Virus record (IMG/VR): IMGVR_UViG_3300029705_000029
Direction: 5' to 3' (one strand)
DNA length: 64,000 nucleotides
From: a virus
Taxonomy: Duplodnaviria > Heunggongvirae > Uroviricota > Caudoviricetes
Below are positions 36,872 through 46,156 of this stretch, piece after piece. The notes under the pieces were generated by a model. The model searched no databases and had not been told where the DNA came from. It was given only the letters and a program-made list of their open reading frames with translations. Within the stretch, counting starts at the first letter, position 1, and each line of letters starts with the position of its first letter. Both the position numbers and the translations under genes were made by a program.

Positions 36872-36947
36872 TGGTGGGTGATTGGAGAATCGAACTCCAG
36901 ACGCCATGATTAAAAGTCATGTGCTCTACCAACTGAGCTAATCACCC
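36872..36947 (-). tRNA. tRNA-Lys (anticodon TTT)
   Basis: GGGTGAT...CTTTTAA...TTCGATT...ATCACCC-A-CCA. Confidence 0.8.
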
Positions 36948-36962
36948 ATATCGTGCGCCAGT

Positions 36963-37037
36963 TTATAGTCTTGGCGCAGGACTTCCCTTAACGGGTGGAC
37001 TATCCAGATCATTGCCGATTTCACGAATTCTCTTCAT
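36963..37037 (-). CDS. Candidate leader mini-ORF (24 aa) between the conserved promoter motif and tRNA-Lys
   Basis: GGGAGGATGATTCAT-ATG; product MKRIREIGNDLDSPPVKGSPAPRL; lies directly upstream of the tRNA array. Confidence 0.25.
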   Translation of the reverse strand: MKRIREIGNDLDSPPVKGSPAPRL

Positions 37038-37051
37038 ATGAATCATCCTCC

Positions 37052-37072
37052 CATTAATTTTGTACTGTCTTG
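37052..37072 (-). promoter_or_regulatory. Conserved motif copy (class 2) heading the tRNA array
   Basis: Motif followed by GGGAGG and the 24-aa mini-ORF, then tRNA-Lys. Confidence 0.5.
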
Positions 37073-37144
37073 CTTCGTTTGAAGTGTATTTATTATAACA
37101 CATCTTCCAGCATTTGTCAATACCTTTTTTCAAAAAACTTTATG

Positions 37145-37489
37145 TTAAGTATTTTCCTTGAACGTTTCACTTACTCGATCATTAAGTCGTTCAAGCGCCT
37201 TCTTGAACATCGCAATCTTAGAATCAAAGCACTTGTAATACTTCTTCATAAGCTTTGCCTTAGCGATCCGCTCACCAGTTGCTTCATCATAAACATCGTC
37301 ACCATGGCAGTGAGTTTCTACCCTAAAAGTATCTGGCATCATGTACTTATCATCAAACATGAAATCATCAGTTCCAAATTCGCTTGTTAGCTTTAGGATC
37401 TTATTACAAGCATCAAACTGAGTGCCGTTTAGCACAGCTACCGTCTTCTTCTGTTCTGGAACGTGATAATAATTAATTGCCATTTTCAT
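37145..37489 (-). CDS. Hypothetical protein
   Basis: ORF track. Confidence 0.45.
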   Translation of the reverse strand: MKMAINYYHVPEQKKTVAVLNGTQFDACNKILKLTSEFGTDDFMFDDKYMMPDTFRVETHCHGDDVYDEATGERIAKAKLMKKYYKCFDSKIAMFKKALERLNDRVSETFKENT

Positions 37490-37505
37490 TGTCTCCTTTG
37501 TTGCT

Positions 37506-37526
37506 CATTAATTTTGTTTTGTTCAA
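37506..37526 (-). promoter_or_regulatory. Conserved motif copy (variant)
   Basis: Upstream of 37145..37489. Confidence 0.4.
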
Positions 37527-37561
37527 CCGTGTATATATAATACCATATATTTCCATATATG

Positions 37562-38248
37562 TCAAGTGGTTTCTGAAATATTTTTTTCATTTCTTTTTTC
37601 AACCAGATAATCGTACAGATCTTCTGCACTCGCAAGCAGCTTACCATCAACAGTACGATCACTTTCGAGCCCAGTCAACCAGCGCATAATCAGCGGATCT
37701 TCATCAATATTGAAATACAGCTCAGGATCATAGAACTGTGGTTCAAGCTCCTCTTCTAGCGCATCAACAACTCTATCAATAATATCCATCATCATGCCGC
37801 GCTCAAAATAAACATTAAGAATGCCCTCTAGCGCCCTTAGGTTGGTCCAATAGCTTTCCAGCGCATTTACAACTTCACAAAACGACTTCTTTGTAATCAC
37901 AAACTTTTCACTGCTTTCTTCATTGGTGTAATCCTTTAATGTTTTCAGTTCGCTTAAAGAAATATTGTCCAAACGTGCAGAATACTCGTCGCAAACATTG
38001 CCTAGAATTCCATATACCCATTTCTTGAACGGAATCTCTTTTGGATGACACTCATTTACATATGCTCTCCAACCAGTTAAAGTTGGGACAAAGTAAAATG
38101 GGCTCATATACAGAAAATACTGGTCAGTGTCTTCTTCGTAGTAGAATTTAATTGGTTCGTTTGAAACAAAATCTGTAAATGTGTAGCCGTCTTCTGGTCG
38201 TAACAGTTTGTGAACTAGGCGTTTGCGTAGATTTTTAAATAGATTCAT
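37562..38248 (-). CDS. Hypothetical protein (start moved to the ATG at 38248; the track start at 38263 is TTG)
   Basis: GAGGAAAAG ribosome-binding site before the ATG (MNLFKN...). Confidence 0.5.
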   Translation of the reverse strand: MNLFKNLRKRLVHKLLRPEDGYTFTDFVSNEPIKFYYEEDTDQYFLYMSPFYFVPTLTGWRAYVNECHPKEIPFKKWVYGILGNVCDEYSARLDNISLSELKTLKDYTNEESSEKFVITKKSFCEVVNALESYWTNLRALEGILNVYFERGMMMDIIDRVVDALEEELEPQFYDPELYFNIDEDPLIMRWLTGLESDRTVDGKLLASAEDLYDYLVEKRNEKNISETT

Positions 38249-38372
38249 TTTTCTTTTCCTCAATCATATCAATAATCTTGTACTGAGTTGGATCTGTTTC
38301 ACAAATTTCAACTCTAAAGCCAACCTGGTTGAAAATCTCATTAAGCTCTTCGATACTCATATTGTTGTTCAT
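38235..38372 (-). CDS. Small acidic protein (45 aa, hand-called)
   Basis: AAAGGAG about 9 nt before the ATG at 38372; overlaps the next start. Confidence 0.3.
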   Translation of the reverse strand: MNNNMSIEELNEIFNQVGFRVEICETDPTQYKIIDMIEEKKNESI

Positions 38373-38410
38373 AAATTGCATCTCCTTTATTGTTTTTATT
38401 GATTATACCA

Positions 38411-38430
38411 CATTAATCTTGTATTGTCAA
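38411..38430 (-). promoter_or_regulatory. Conserved motif copy, class 1 (TTGACA-N17-TATAAT)
   Basis: Verified spacing on the minus strand. Confidence 0.55.
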
Positions 38431-38439
38431 TAGTTGGAA

Positions 38440-39981
38440 TTATTGTTTTTTAATGATATAACCAATATGATTCCAAATATTGTAGTCCAAATTATAATCA
38501 AACAGCATAATTTTATCTTTATCTCCAAGCCTATTCTTGTCCACTTTGATCGCGAAATATTTCTTCTTTGGATCTAAGTCATGAGCAACTTCCTCTCCCC
38601 AATCGTCATTAATTGCCATATATTGATAGTTATTATACTCATCAATATTGATTCTCTTACCAAGCGTCAGCAAGTCTACAGGGTGCTTAATGCCCTTTGC
38701 CGCACCAATGTTATTTGAGCTAAGATCAAACACACTATCAAACACTGTTGCATCGGTAAGCTGAAAAGTACAGACACCAAACAGCTTCAATTCCTTTCCA
38801 AGCTCAACAATCTTTGTGGCTGTCATCTTTACCTTAACCCAATCCTCTGCGCCCCATGCCTTTAATGTATCTACCGCAAAACAATTGCAGTCATAAACCA
38901 ATTTCGCTCTTCTAATCTCAAGCTCAATTGCCTCGTCACTATAGTCAGCAGTAATATCATTAAAATAAAACTTACCTTCCAACTGCGCTTCCATCCAGCG
39001 AGTCACTGCAATAACATCCTGATATTCCTTAGTGCTCTTAACTCTATTCAGAAAATCTTCATCGCTTTCAAGCCAATTACCATCTGCATCTCTAACTCTT
39101 TCAATAAACTCATGCGTTACGTCGTCCCTGAATAGGCCCATTGTAATTTCCTTTTCAGGTTTAATCAGCTCAACACCGTGAAGCTCCTTAAACTCCTTGC
39201 AATTCAGTACAGTAGTAATTAAGCAATTCTTAATTGCCTTCTCAGTCATCTCATTGCTAAGGAGCATAAATTTTTGTTTCTTAATCAATGTGACATACGC
39301 AATAAGATTTACCAAATTTCTTGATTTACCCTCATTTGACAAGAAGCCCTGAAACAAAACGTTCTCAGGAAGTAATCCTCTAAAATATTCATTATACCCA
39401 TCCCAGTGAGTTTGAATACCAAACTGTGGTGCAAGCAAATAAGAATCTATTACATCAGACACTCCCTGAGTCAGCAACACAGGCTCTTCAATAACATTAA
39501 TTTTTGTATTAATTTTATCTGCCTTACTGCGCATGTAACGATACACATCGCCTGCTGTCATATATTGAAAACTCTTTTTTGACAATATCTTTTCTGCGGG
39601 AAAACCTTGCTTATCATATTCTCGCACAAGTGAAAACTTTTTTACCGTATTAAAAACATTTTTAAAATCACTAGGGTCTGCAATATCCATCATGTGCTGA
39701 ATAGTCTTCCATCCACCATATGATTTGTATAACTTAAGCCTTTCCGAATTCTGTGTTGCAAAATTATTGACTTTATTTTGAGACATATCCTGGCTAAAAG
39801 TCAAATAACACTCTTCAAATAAATCGTAAAAAAATCTAGTTGATTCTCCAGAAAAATCATATTTAGACTTTGTAGATTCTCCATAGCTTAAATAAAGATC
39901 TGGATCTTTATACATGCAACCACAGAACAATAATTCTGCTTGATAGTTTGTTTTTTCAAATTGAATTACATTTTCATCCAT
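38440..39981 (-). CDS. DnaB-like replicative helicase (degenerate Walker A)
   Basis: 513 aa; DnaB-like N-terminal region; GFLSNEGKSRNLVNLIAY P-loop-like; located in the replication module. Confidence 0.45.
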   Translation of the reverse strand: MDENVIQFEKTNYQAELLFCGCMYKDPDLYLSYGESTKSKYDFSGESTRFFYDLFEECYLTFSQDMSQNKVNNFATQNSERLKLYKSYGGWKTIQHMMDIADPSDFKNVFNTVKKFSLVREYDKQGFPAEKILSKKSFQYMTAGDVYRYMRSKADKINTKINVIEEPVLLTQGVSDVIDSYLLAPQFGIQTHWDGYNEYFRGLLPENVLFQGFLSNEGKSRNLVNLIAYVTLIKKQKFMLLSNEMTEKAIKNCLITTVLNCKEFKELHGVELIKPEKEITMGLFRDDVTHEFIERVRDADGNWLESDEDFLNRVKSTKEYQDVIAVTRWMEAQLEGKFYFNDITADYSDEAIELEIRRAKLVYDCNCFAVDTLKAWGAEDWVKVKMTATKIVELGKELKLFGVCTFQLTDATVFDSVFDLSSNNIGAAKGIKHPVDLLTLGKRINIDEYNNYQYMAINDDWGEEVAHDLDPKKKYFAIKVDKNRLGDKDKIMLFDYNLDYNIWNHIGYIIKKQ

Positions 39982-39996
39982 CGTACACGTCCTCCA

Positions 39997-40659
39997 TTAA
40001 TCATCGTCGTCATCCAACAAATCAGAAATATCTCCCAGTCCTTCATGCTTAATTTCTGTTCTTTGCATGTTGTTATAGTTAATACGAGGAGTTGGCGTTT
40101 TAATTTCTGCCTGAAACGCATCTTGTTTTGCTTTATAAGCTAAAAATTCTGGTATTTTTCCTACAATAATAGCAAGATCATAAACAAGTCTTGTGTCATC
40201 ATTTCTATGGCCATTATGATTCATTTTCTTTTTATTATTAATTTTGTTTAGAGTTACTTGTCCCCATTGCCATGCTCCCAACAGCACCTCCATGGAAACA
40301 GGCTTACATCTTCTGCTTTGGTAGATTCCTCGTTCAAGGTCTGCAAGTCTTTGCCAGAATGAACATGGTACTTTTGTAATATTGTAATGATTTAGCAACC
40401 ATTCATTTAAGTTGTCCCGAGCAAATGAATGCTTAATTTTTTCTTTTGCTTCTGCTTTGAGGTTTTGTATATTGTAAAGGGCGTCTCGCCACATTTCTGG
40501 TTTTCCACGCTTTGAACATGCTTTCTTAGTAGCCATTTCTTCGAAACATGCAATATGATAATACTTGTCTTTAAAAGATATCACTCCAGTGATATTGTTT
40601 ATATTAACTTCTATTGTATTTTTACAATAAGCACACTTATATTCCTGTTTATCTACCAT
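39997..40659 (-). CDS. Hypothetical protein with N-terminal Cys cluster and poly-Asp C-terminal tail
   Basis: CAYCKN...HIAC; ends in DLLDDDDD. Confidence 0.45.
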   Translation of the reverse strand: MVDKQEYKCAYCKNTIEVNINNITGVISFKDKYYHIACFEEMATKKACSKRGKPEMWRDALYNIQNLKAEAKEKIKHSFARDNLNEWLLNHYNITKVPCSFWQRLADLERGIYQSRRCKPVSMEVLLGAWQWGQVTLNKINNKKKMNHNGHRNDDTRLVYDLAIIVGKIPEFLAYKAKQDAFQAEIKTPTPRINYNNMQRTEIKHEGLGDISDLLDDDDD

Positions 40660-40694
40660 GTTGCCACCTCCACTTTCTGTCGGTATTATACTCC

Positions 40695-40715
40695 ATTAAT
40701 TTTGTATTGTCAAGC
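40695..40715 (-). promoter_or_regulatory. Conserved motif copy, class 1 (TTGACA-N17-TATAAT)
   Basis: Upstream of 39997..40659. Confidence 0.55.
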
Positions 40716-40773
40716 ACCTACGCGTACAAAAATAAAAAAATAGGGAGGCACGTGGCCTCCCTTTATATTCATA

Positions 40774-41952
40774 TTATTCTGAAACAATCTCAAGGATGTG
40801 TTCAAGCACGCTTACGTCAGTTACTTTCTGATACGCAACAGGCAAACCAGCAGCCTTAAGCTTCTGTTTCATTTCCTGAACCTGAGGAGGAGTCATCGCC
40901 TTAGTAATTGGCCTAATCTGTTCAATAAGAGATTCAGCAGTTACAGGACTATCGCCTTCTGTCACCTTACTCATTTCCTTGTCCATATCATCCTTACTAA
41001 TGGGCGCAGACGCTCTGCCCATAACTTCACGTGCATATAGCTCCTGTTCGGTTGCTGCGGCATCAGAAAGATCATTTCTTAGCACGAACTTCTTCTTGCC
41101 CTTAGAACGGTCAATCACAACCTGCCAATCCAACAGCTGCGGGTCAACGAGAGTTTCCTTTGGATGCACACCAGTTCTATCCTTTTCCACATATGCTACA
41201 ACATCATCATCTTCGTTTCTATAGAATCTTACAACAGTATCTGCGTTATAGCTAATGTTCTTAAATCCAGCAGGAATCTTTTTGCCAGTAGAAATACTAG
41301 TAGTATTTCCCTGAGAATCTACATATGTTTCCTTTTCATCAGTTTCGCGACAAGTTACTACAGAATGCACACCTGCGCCCTGTAGAGATAGAATTAGATT
41401 CTGTCCCTTATATGAAATAGATCCCCAATCCTTGGTTTCCAGGGAGCTTCCCTCAATAGCAACTAGTCTTTCTTCACCAACCTGTCCCTTCTTGTCAGCA
41501 CGAACTCTTGCTCTCTTCTTAGAGAACTCAAGAAGTCCCTGCTGTACAGACATATGAAGAATAGATGCTCCGTCAACTACCATTGCATCTGCTCTAAATG
41601 GATTTCCGTTAGCATCAACAACAACTTCATCAGTTTCGTTGCCTTCATCGTCCAAGACATAGAAATCAGAACCATTCTTTACCTTGTCTACGTACTCAAG
41701 CACCTCTGCAAGGCTAGAAGTGTACACAATAAAAATATTCTCAAGGTCAACGCCATTAGCTTCCATTTCATCAATATAATTATCAATAGAACCTGCTTCG
41801 CAGTCAATATATAAAATTCTTAGCGGACTACCATCTTCATTTCGCATGTATGCTAGTTGAGATGCAAATGTACTTTTACCAGTAAATGATTCTCCATATA
41901 GAATCATATTTAGCTTTTTCTGAATAGCCGCAGCCTTACGTGCCTTTGCCAT
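40774..41952 (-). CDS. Sak4-like / AAA_24 recombination ATPase
   Basis: ILYGESFTGKSTFA Walker A; RecA-like core. Confidence 0.6.
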   Translation of the reverse strand: MAKARKAAAIQKKLNMILYGESFTGKSTFASQLAYMRNEDGSPLRILYIDCEAGSIDNYIDEMEANGVDLENIFIVYTSSLAEVLEYVDKVKNGSDFYVLDDEGNETDEVVVDANGNPFRADAMVVDGASILHMSVQQGLLEFSKKRARVRADKKGQVGEERLVAIEGSSLETKDWGSISYKGQNLILSLQGAGVHSVVTCRETDEKETYVDSQGNTTSISTGKKIPAGFKNISYNADTVVRFYRNEDDDVVAYVEKDRTGVHPKETLVDPQLLDWQVVIDRSKGKKKFVLRNDLSDAAATEQELYAREVMGRASAPISKDDMDKEMSKVTEGDSPVTAESLIEQIRPITKAMTPPQVQEMKQKLKAAGLPVAYQKVTDVSVLEHILEIVSE

Positions 41953-41978
41953 ATATATTCAATCTCCTTTTATGTCAT

Positions 41979-41996
41979 TATTAATTTTGTATTGTT
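41979..41996 (-). promoter_or_regulatory. Conserved motif copy
   Basis: Upstream of the Sak4-like gene. Confidence 0.45.
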
Positions 41997-42028
41997 AGGA
42001 GTGAGCTGTCGCCCACTCCTTGCTTGAT

Positions 42029-43102
42029 TTATTCAGCGTCCCATGGATCTTCATCGTCATCGTCATAATCATCGCCCCAGCCGCTAGTGTCTGCGCTTGA
42101 GGTTGCCTTGCCAGAGAAGTTCTGTTCTGCAGTCTGAGACGCACGGATCTTCTTGATTGCTTCAGCAACATTCTTTTCGGTATAGCTTTCCCTATCAATA
42201 CTAGAAGGCTTAGCACCAGTAACAACCAGTTCAGTTCTAGTGGGCGCAGACACACTATTCATTGCGTTTGCTTCGCCCCAACAATCATCTTCGGTTACTT
42301 CCTGAACACTATGAGTCACCTCAATCTTACCATGCACTTCAATAGCAGTATAAGGCTTAAGGTTCTTCTTAAATAGACCAGCAAGCTTGGTGTCAACAAT
42401 AATGAACTGAGTGTCAACAATATCAGAATAGGTTACAATCTTTGCAGAAAGCACAAATCTTCCAGTGTCCTTACCATTTTCCTGTTCCTTTTCAATACCA
42501 GTGAACACAATAGCCTGAGTAAAGTCATGAGTTGGCTTAACATCAACACCATCATATGCGCTATAATCAATATCCTTGCATAGAGAAATCTGATTTGGCA
42601 CATACTTAATGCTTCTGCGAATATTTCCATCTCCATCCATAAAGCTACTAAAATCAAGATTGCCTCGAATAAAAGTTGACATATCATCCTTTAGATGCGC
42701 ATTAATATAATCACATGCGTCAAACTGCGTCATTGTCTTTTTGTCATTAACTGTCTTACCATTACTGTCTACTGTCTTAGTAAGACCAAGATTAACACCA
42801 ATCATTCGCCAGCCTTCTGCATTAAACTTGTTTCTATTTGCCCAATCTACAGCCTGTGTTTCGGTCTTGCCAGACTCCTGATCTCTCTTAGAAAAATATA
42901 CCTTCTGCTGTGGCATGCCATTTAGGCTCATATACACACTCTTCTTGTCATCATAAGCACAACCGAAATTTACAGCTCTAAAATCCTTCCCAGTCTTTGT
43001 CTTCTTACTGGTATAAAACTTATCTCTTTCGGTGCCGTTAATAATACCTGCTACCTGAAATGTACCCTTAGTTTCTGGAAGCTCAAAAATCCTATTCGCC
43101 AT
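42029..43102 (-). CDS. Putative single-stranded DNA-binding protein (acidic C-terminal tail)
   Basis: C-terminus DDYDDDDEDPWDAE; sits between the Sak4-like ATPase and a downstream hypothetical gene; no strong motif. Confidence 0.35.
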   Translation of the reverse strand: MANRIFELPETKGTFQVAGIINGTERDKFYTSKKTKTGKDFRAVNFGCAYDDKKSVYMSLNGMPQQKVYFSKRDQESGKTETQAVDWANRNKFNAEGWRMIGVNLGLTKTVDSNGKTVNDKKTMTQFDACDYINAHLKDDMSTFIRGNLDFSSFMDGDGNIRRSIKYVPNQISLCKDIDYSAYDGVDVKPTHDFTQAIVFTGIEKEQENGKDTGRFVLSAKIVTYSDIVDTQFIIVDTKLAGLFKKNLKPYTAIEVHGKIEVTHSVQEVTEDDCWGEANAMNSVSAPTRTELVVTGAKPSSIDRESYTEKNVAEAIKKIRASQTAEQNFSGKATSSADTSGWGDDYDDDDEDPWDAE

Positions 43103-43131
43103 AATTACGTCTTCTCCTTTTAGTCCTTAAA

Positions 43132-43473
43132 TTATTCCTTGCAATTGCAATGTTCACAATTGCCATCACAGTCACATTCATCTTCAACTAGAATGTCTGC
43201 AAATCCATCCTTGAACATTTCGTCCAGTACATTAAGCAGTTCGTAAACGTCATCACATTCAAAAACCTGCTCCATAATGTTAAATTTTACGCGTTCGTAA
43301 TCAGAAGGGGTGCTCATATCAAACTCATAAACCCAAGTAGGATCACAGCAACAACTTACCCTAAACATAGATTCATCACAATGCTTCTGAAGCTCAATAC
43401 AGTACATGTCTTCATAGATGCCAGCAGTGTGAAAAGTGATTACCTCAGCAGTATAAGTTCCGTTGTACACCAT
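43132..43473 (-). CDS. Hypothetical Cys-rich acidic protein
   Basis: ORF track. Confidence 0.4.
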   Translation of the reverse strand: MVYNGTYTAEVITFHTAGIYEDMYCIELQKHCDESMFRVSCCCDPTWVYEFDMSTPSDYERVKFNIMEQVFECDDVYELLNVLDEMFKDGFADILVEDECDCDGNCEHCNCKE

Positions 43474-43495
43474 ACCATTAATCTCCTTTTACGCC

Positions 43496-43513
43496 ATTAA
43501 TCTTGTGTTGTTA
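43496..43513 (-). promoter_or_regulatory. Conserved motif copy (variant CTTGTGTTG)
   Basis: Upstream of 43132..43473. Confidence 0.4.
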
Positions 43514-43720
43514 ATATATGAATCGATCCATATTAGGATTCATATATAAATAAATATCTTCCTGGTCTTCGCCCAAGTTCAAACCTGTAGTTATACCACA
43601 ATTTGGACAATTAGCTTTCACAAACGTCTCGTCAATTGGGATATCGTGCGGGGTTATATATATTACTCCACATGTTTGACATTGGATATAACAACTTTCT
43701 CTTTTCCATTCCGTACTCAT
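43511..43720 (-). CDS. Zinc-ribbon protein
   Basis: CQTCG...CPNCG. Confidence 0.4.
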   Translation of the reverse strand: MSTEWKRESCYIQCQTCGVIYITPHDIPIDETFVKANCPNCGITTGLNLGEDQEDIYLYMNPNMDRFIY

Positions 43721-43757
43721 TATTCATGTTTGGCCTCCTTCCATACCGTCTCAATAC

Positions 43758-43776
43758 CATTAATTTTGTGTTGTAA
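43758..43776 (-). promoter_or_regulatory. Conserved motif copy
   Basis: Upstream of 43511..43720. Confidence 0.45.
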
Positions 43777-43850
43777 TCTTACATCATGTAAGCATTATAT
43801 CATATATTTTCCAGCTTGTCAAGTGTTTCCCCGCCCCAACCGCCATATTT

Positions 43851-44117
43851 TTATAATATAGTATAATCAATATATAATTCCATTACTTCACTTTTCAAAC
43901 AACATGCTTTGTCATCAATGCTTATCTCACAAAGCTCGTCCATAGTGATATATCTCTCTTCGTCTTCAATAATAAGGCCGATGCGACCCTCGTCCACAAA
44001 AGGATGAAGGACACATCTGTTCATTTTTTGGTTACCATACAGCAAATGATTGATTCGCAAATTTGCGTTCTTATTTTCTAGTGCCATAAATTTCTCTATA
44101 AAATCTCTTGTCAACAT
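43851..44117 (-). CDS. Hypothetical protein
   Basis: ORF track. Confidence 0.4.
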   Translation of the reverse strand: MLTRDFIEKFMALENKNANLRINHLLYGNQKMNRCVLHPFVDEGRIGLIIEDEERYITMDELCEISIDDKACCLKSEVMELYIDYTIL

Positions 44118-44141
44118 TTGTTATACCCCCTAGGCTGTCAA

Positions 44142-45110
44142 TTACACAAAATCCTTAAAGCGATGTGCTAAATTATCTACGTAGCTATCTGACTGAAATC
44201 CATACTTTTCAGCTAACTGCCTACCATCTTCAGATCTTAAAAAGCTTTTAAGCTCAAGCCCTGTTTCTTGCATGCCTTGAACTAAATAATGGTACATGCC
44301 GCTGATGTGTATGTTTTTCATTGTTAGGCTGGGGATACCAACTAGATCTCTGAAGTTTTGCAGTTTTCTATACACCCATCTAAAATTGCGGTCATCAGAA
44401 TCTGCGGCATGTGCATTATCTCTTTCCTTGTATAGTCTGCCAACTCCAATGAGTTTTTTAACTCTCAAGGATTCTCCATAACACATATATTCAACTTCAT
44501 CGAACGCTTTTGTCAAAAGTTCATACAGTCTATCTGTCAATTGAACCACTCTTCCGTCAGAGAAATATAATGATTTCTCCCTTGAATTGACCATAGATCT
44601 ATCAATCTTCACCAAGTCATTCATACTTGGTCCAGAAATGCCCTCCCATAAGCACTCTAAGATTGCCTTGTCAGTCCAATTGTATAACTGACCCTCGATT
44701 TCAGTTATTTCTTCTCTACTTAAGAATTTCATGCTATCAGGTGGAACGCATGGCTTTAATAAATCTATTGTAATACTATTATATGAGTCCGTTGTTTTAT
44801 CTTTATGATAATACTTTCTCCATGCGCAATATGCTTTTAGAATTACGTTGTAATTCATAAGCACATAAACCGATTTTGCCTTAAATTCTTTATACATTTC
44901 TAAAGATTCTGCGTTATTGAACTGACTGCAATCTTTATTATTTTTTTCTTCAAAAGGTTCTGTTTTTCTGAATAGACTATATAAAGACGTTCTGGCTACC
45001 ACCCTTGACCTTAAATAATCGTTTATAAAACCTTCTTTCATGTCAGATTGATACATTGATATTGCCACCCCTTTGTGGATTATTATATATGACGAACATG
45101 TGTTTGTCAA
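44142..45110 (-). CDS. Hypothetical protein (possible divergent integrase-like fold)
   Basis: 322 aa; lies adjacent to a tyrosine recombinase; the catalytic motifs are not clearly retained. Confidence 0.45.
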   Translation of the reverse strand: MTNTCSSYIIIHKGVAISMYQSDMKEGFINDYLRSRVVARTSLYSLFRKTEPFEEKNNKDCSQFNNAESLEMYKEFKAKSVYVLMNYNVILKAYCAWRKYYHKDKTTDSYNSITIDLLKPCVPPDSMKFLSREEITEIEGQLYNWTDKAILECLWEGISGPSMNDLVKIDRSMVNSREKSLYFSDGRVVQLTDRLYELLTKAFDEVEYMCYGESLRVKKLIGVGRLYKERDNAHAADSDDRNFRWVYRKLQNFRDLVGIPSLTMKNIHISGMYHYLVQGMQETGLELKSFLRSEDGRQLAEKYGFQSDSYVDNLAHRFKDFV

Positions 45111-45130
45111 TTTGTAATTGTTGGAATATT

Positions 45131-46156
45131 TTAAATCATACCATCCAAAATATTCGCTGCCTTTTTCTGCTTTTCCTTGGACAGTTCAGCATATCTTTGC
45201 GTGGTTGATACATTTTTATGATGCAGCTGTTTAGCGCACAAATAAATATCACCAGTCGCTTCGTACAAGTTAGTCGCGCAAGAATGTCGCATTACGTGAG
45301 GCGTAACATGCTTATCGGTTGCCCCTTTTGCATATTTGTCCATCATGTCCTTGACTGTTCTTACGTCCAGTCTTGTGTTTCGCTGAGTGACAAACAATGC
45401 ATCATTGTCCGCAGCATTAAAATACAGTTCACGATCTTTAAGCCACAATTTGATTTGTGTTTTAAGATTATCGCCGATTACTACGCAAGCGTCATGATCA
45501 CCCTTTTCTGTAATATAGATTTGATTATGCTCCAAATCCAAATCGCTAATATCGATTTGTACAATAGCAGAAATTCGTAGACCAGTTGCAAACCCAAGTT
45601 TCAAAAGACACAAATCTCTATTTATTAGCTTTTCGTTTGCTGTCTGTTCTACATTTTTCAGAATTTTTGCGATTTCTTCTGAGGTCAAAAAAGTTACATT
45701 AGGATTGTCTTTCATCTTCGGTCTTGATGTATTGCTTACTGGATTTGTGTCAATATAATCAGGCACCAAAAACTGAAAAAACGAGTTAAGCGCGGACCAA
45801 TTCGTTGTCTTATAGCTATCGGATGTCCTTTCGGTTTTTCCATTAGTTGATTTAGTTCTCAAAGAAGAAATGTACCTGTTAATATGGCTAGTATTTACAT
45901 CAAGATAGAATTCTTCTGGACATTTCACCTTAAATGTAAATTTAATAAATCGAATTACACTTGAAATGTATTCTTTTGCCGTTCTATATGATTTGCCTGC
46001 ACCAATTAGACTGTACCAGTAATCAGTCAAAATAGACGGCATACCTTGTATATTTTTCATAACATTTTGTTCAATCTGCATTTCATTTTCAAATCTACCA
46101 CTCAACGTAACGGCCTCCTTTTTCGATCTTCTTCTTTCTCCAGCTGAAAAAAACAT
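45131..46156 (-). CDS. Tyrosine recombinase (XerC/XerD / phage-integrase family)
   Basis: GLRISA (box I Arg), HVMRHS (HxxR) and LHHKNVSTTQRY (Tyr nucleophile). Confidence 0.7.
   Translation of the reverse strand: MFFSAGERRRSKKEAVTLSGRFENEMQIEQNVMKNIQGMPSILTDYWYSLIGAGKSYRTAKEYISSVIRFIKFTFKVKCPEEFYLDVNTSHINRYISSLRTKSTNGKTERTSDSYKTTNWSALNSFFQFLVPDYIDTNPVSNTSRPKMKDNPNVTFLTSEEIAKILKNVEQTANEKLINRDLCLLKLGFATGLRISAIVQIDISDLDLEHNQIYITEKGDHDACVVIGDNLKTQIKLWLKDRELYFNAADNDALFVTQRNTRLDVRTVKDMMDKYAKGATDKHVTPHVMRHSCATNLYEATGDIYLCAKQLHHKNVSTTQRYAELSKEKQKKAANILDGMI

Noticed and set aside
45131-46156. Prophage integration module next to the tRNA genes
   Set aside because: The tyrosine recombinase is about 8 kb away from the tRNA array and lies inside the replication/recombination gene block. 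No repressor/Cro switch or attP-like repeats were seen, and the overall gene content is that of a lytic phage.
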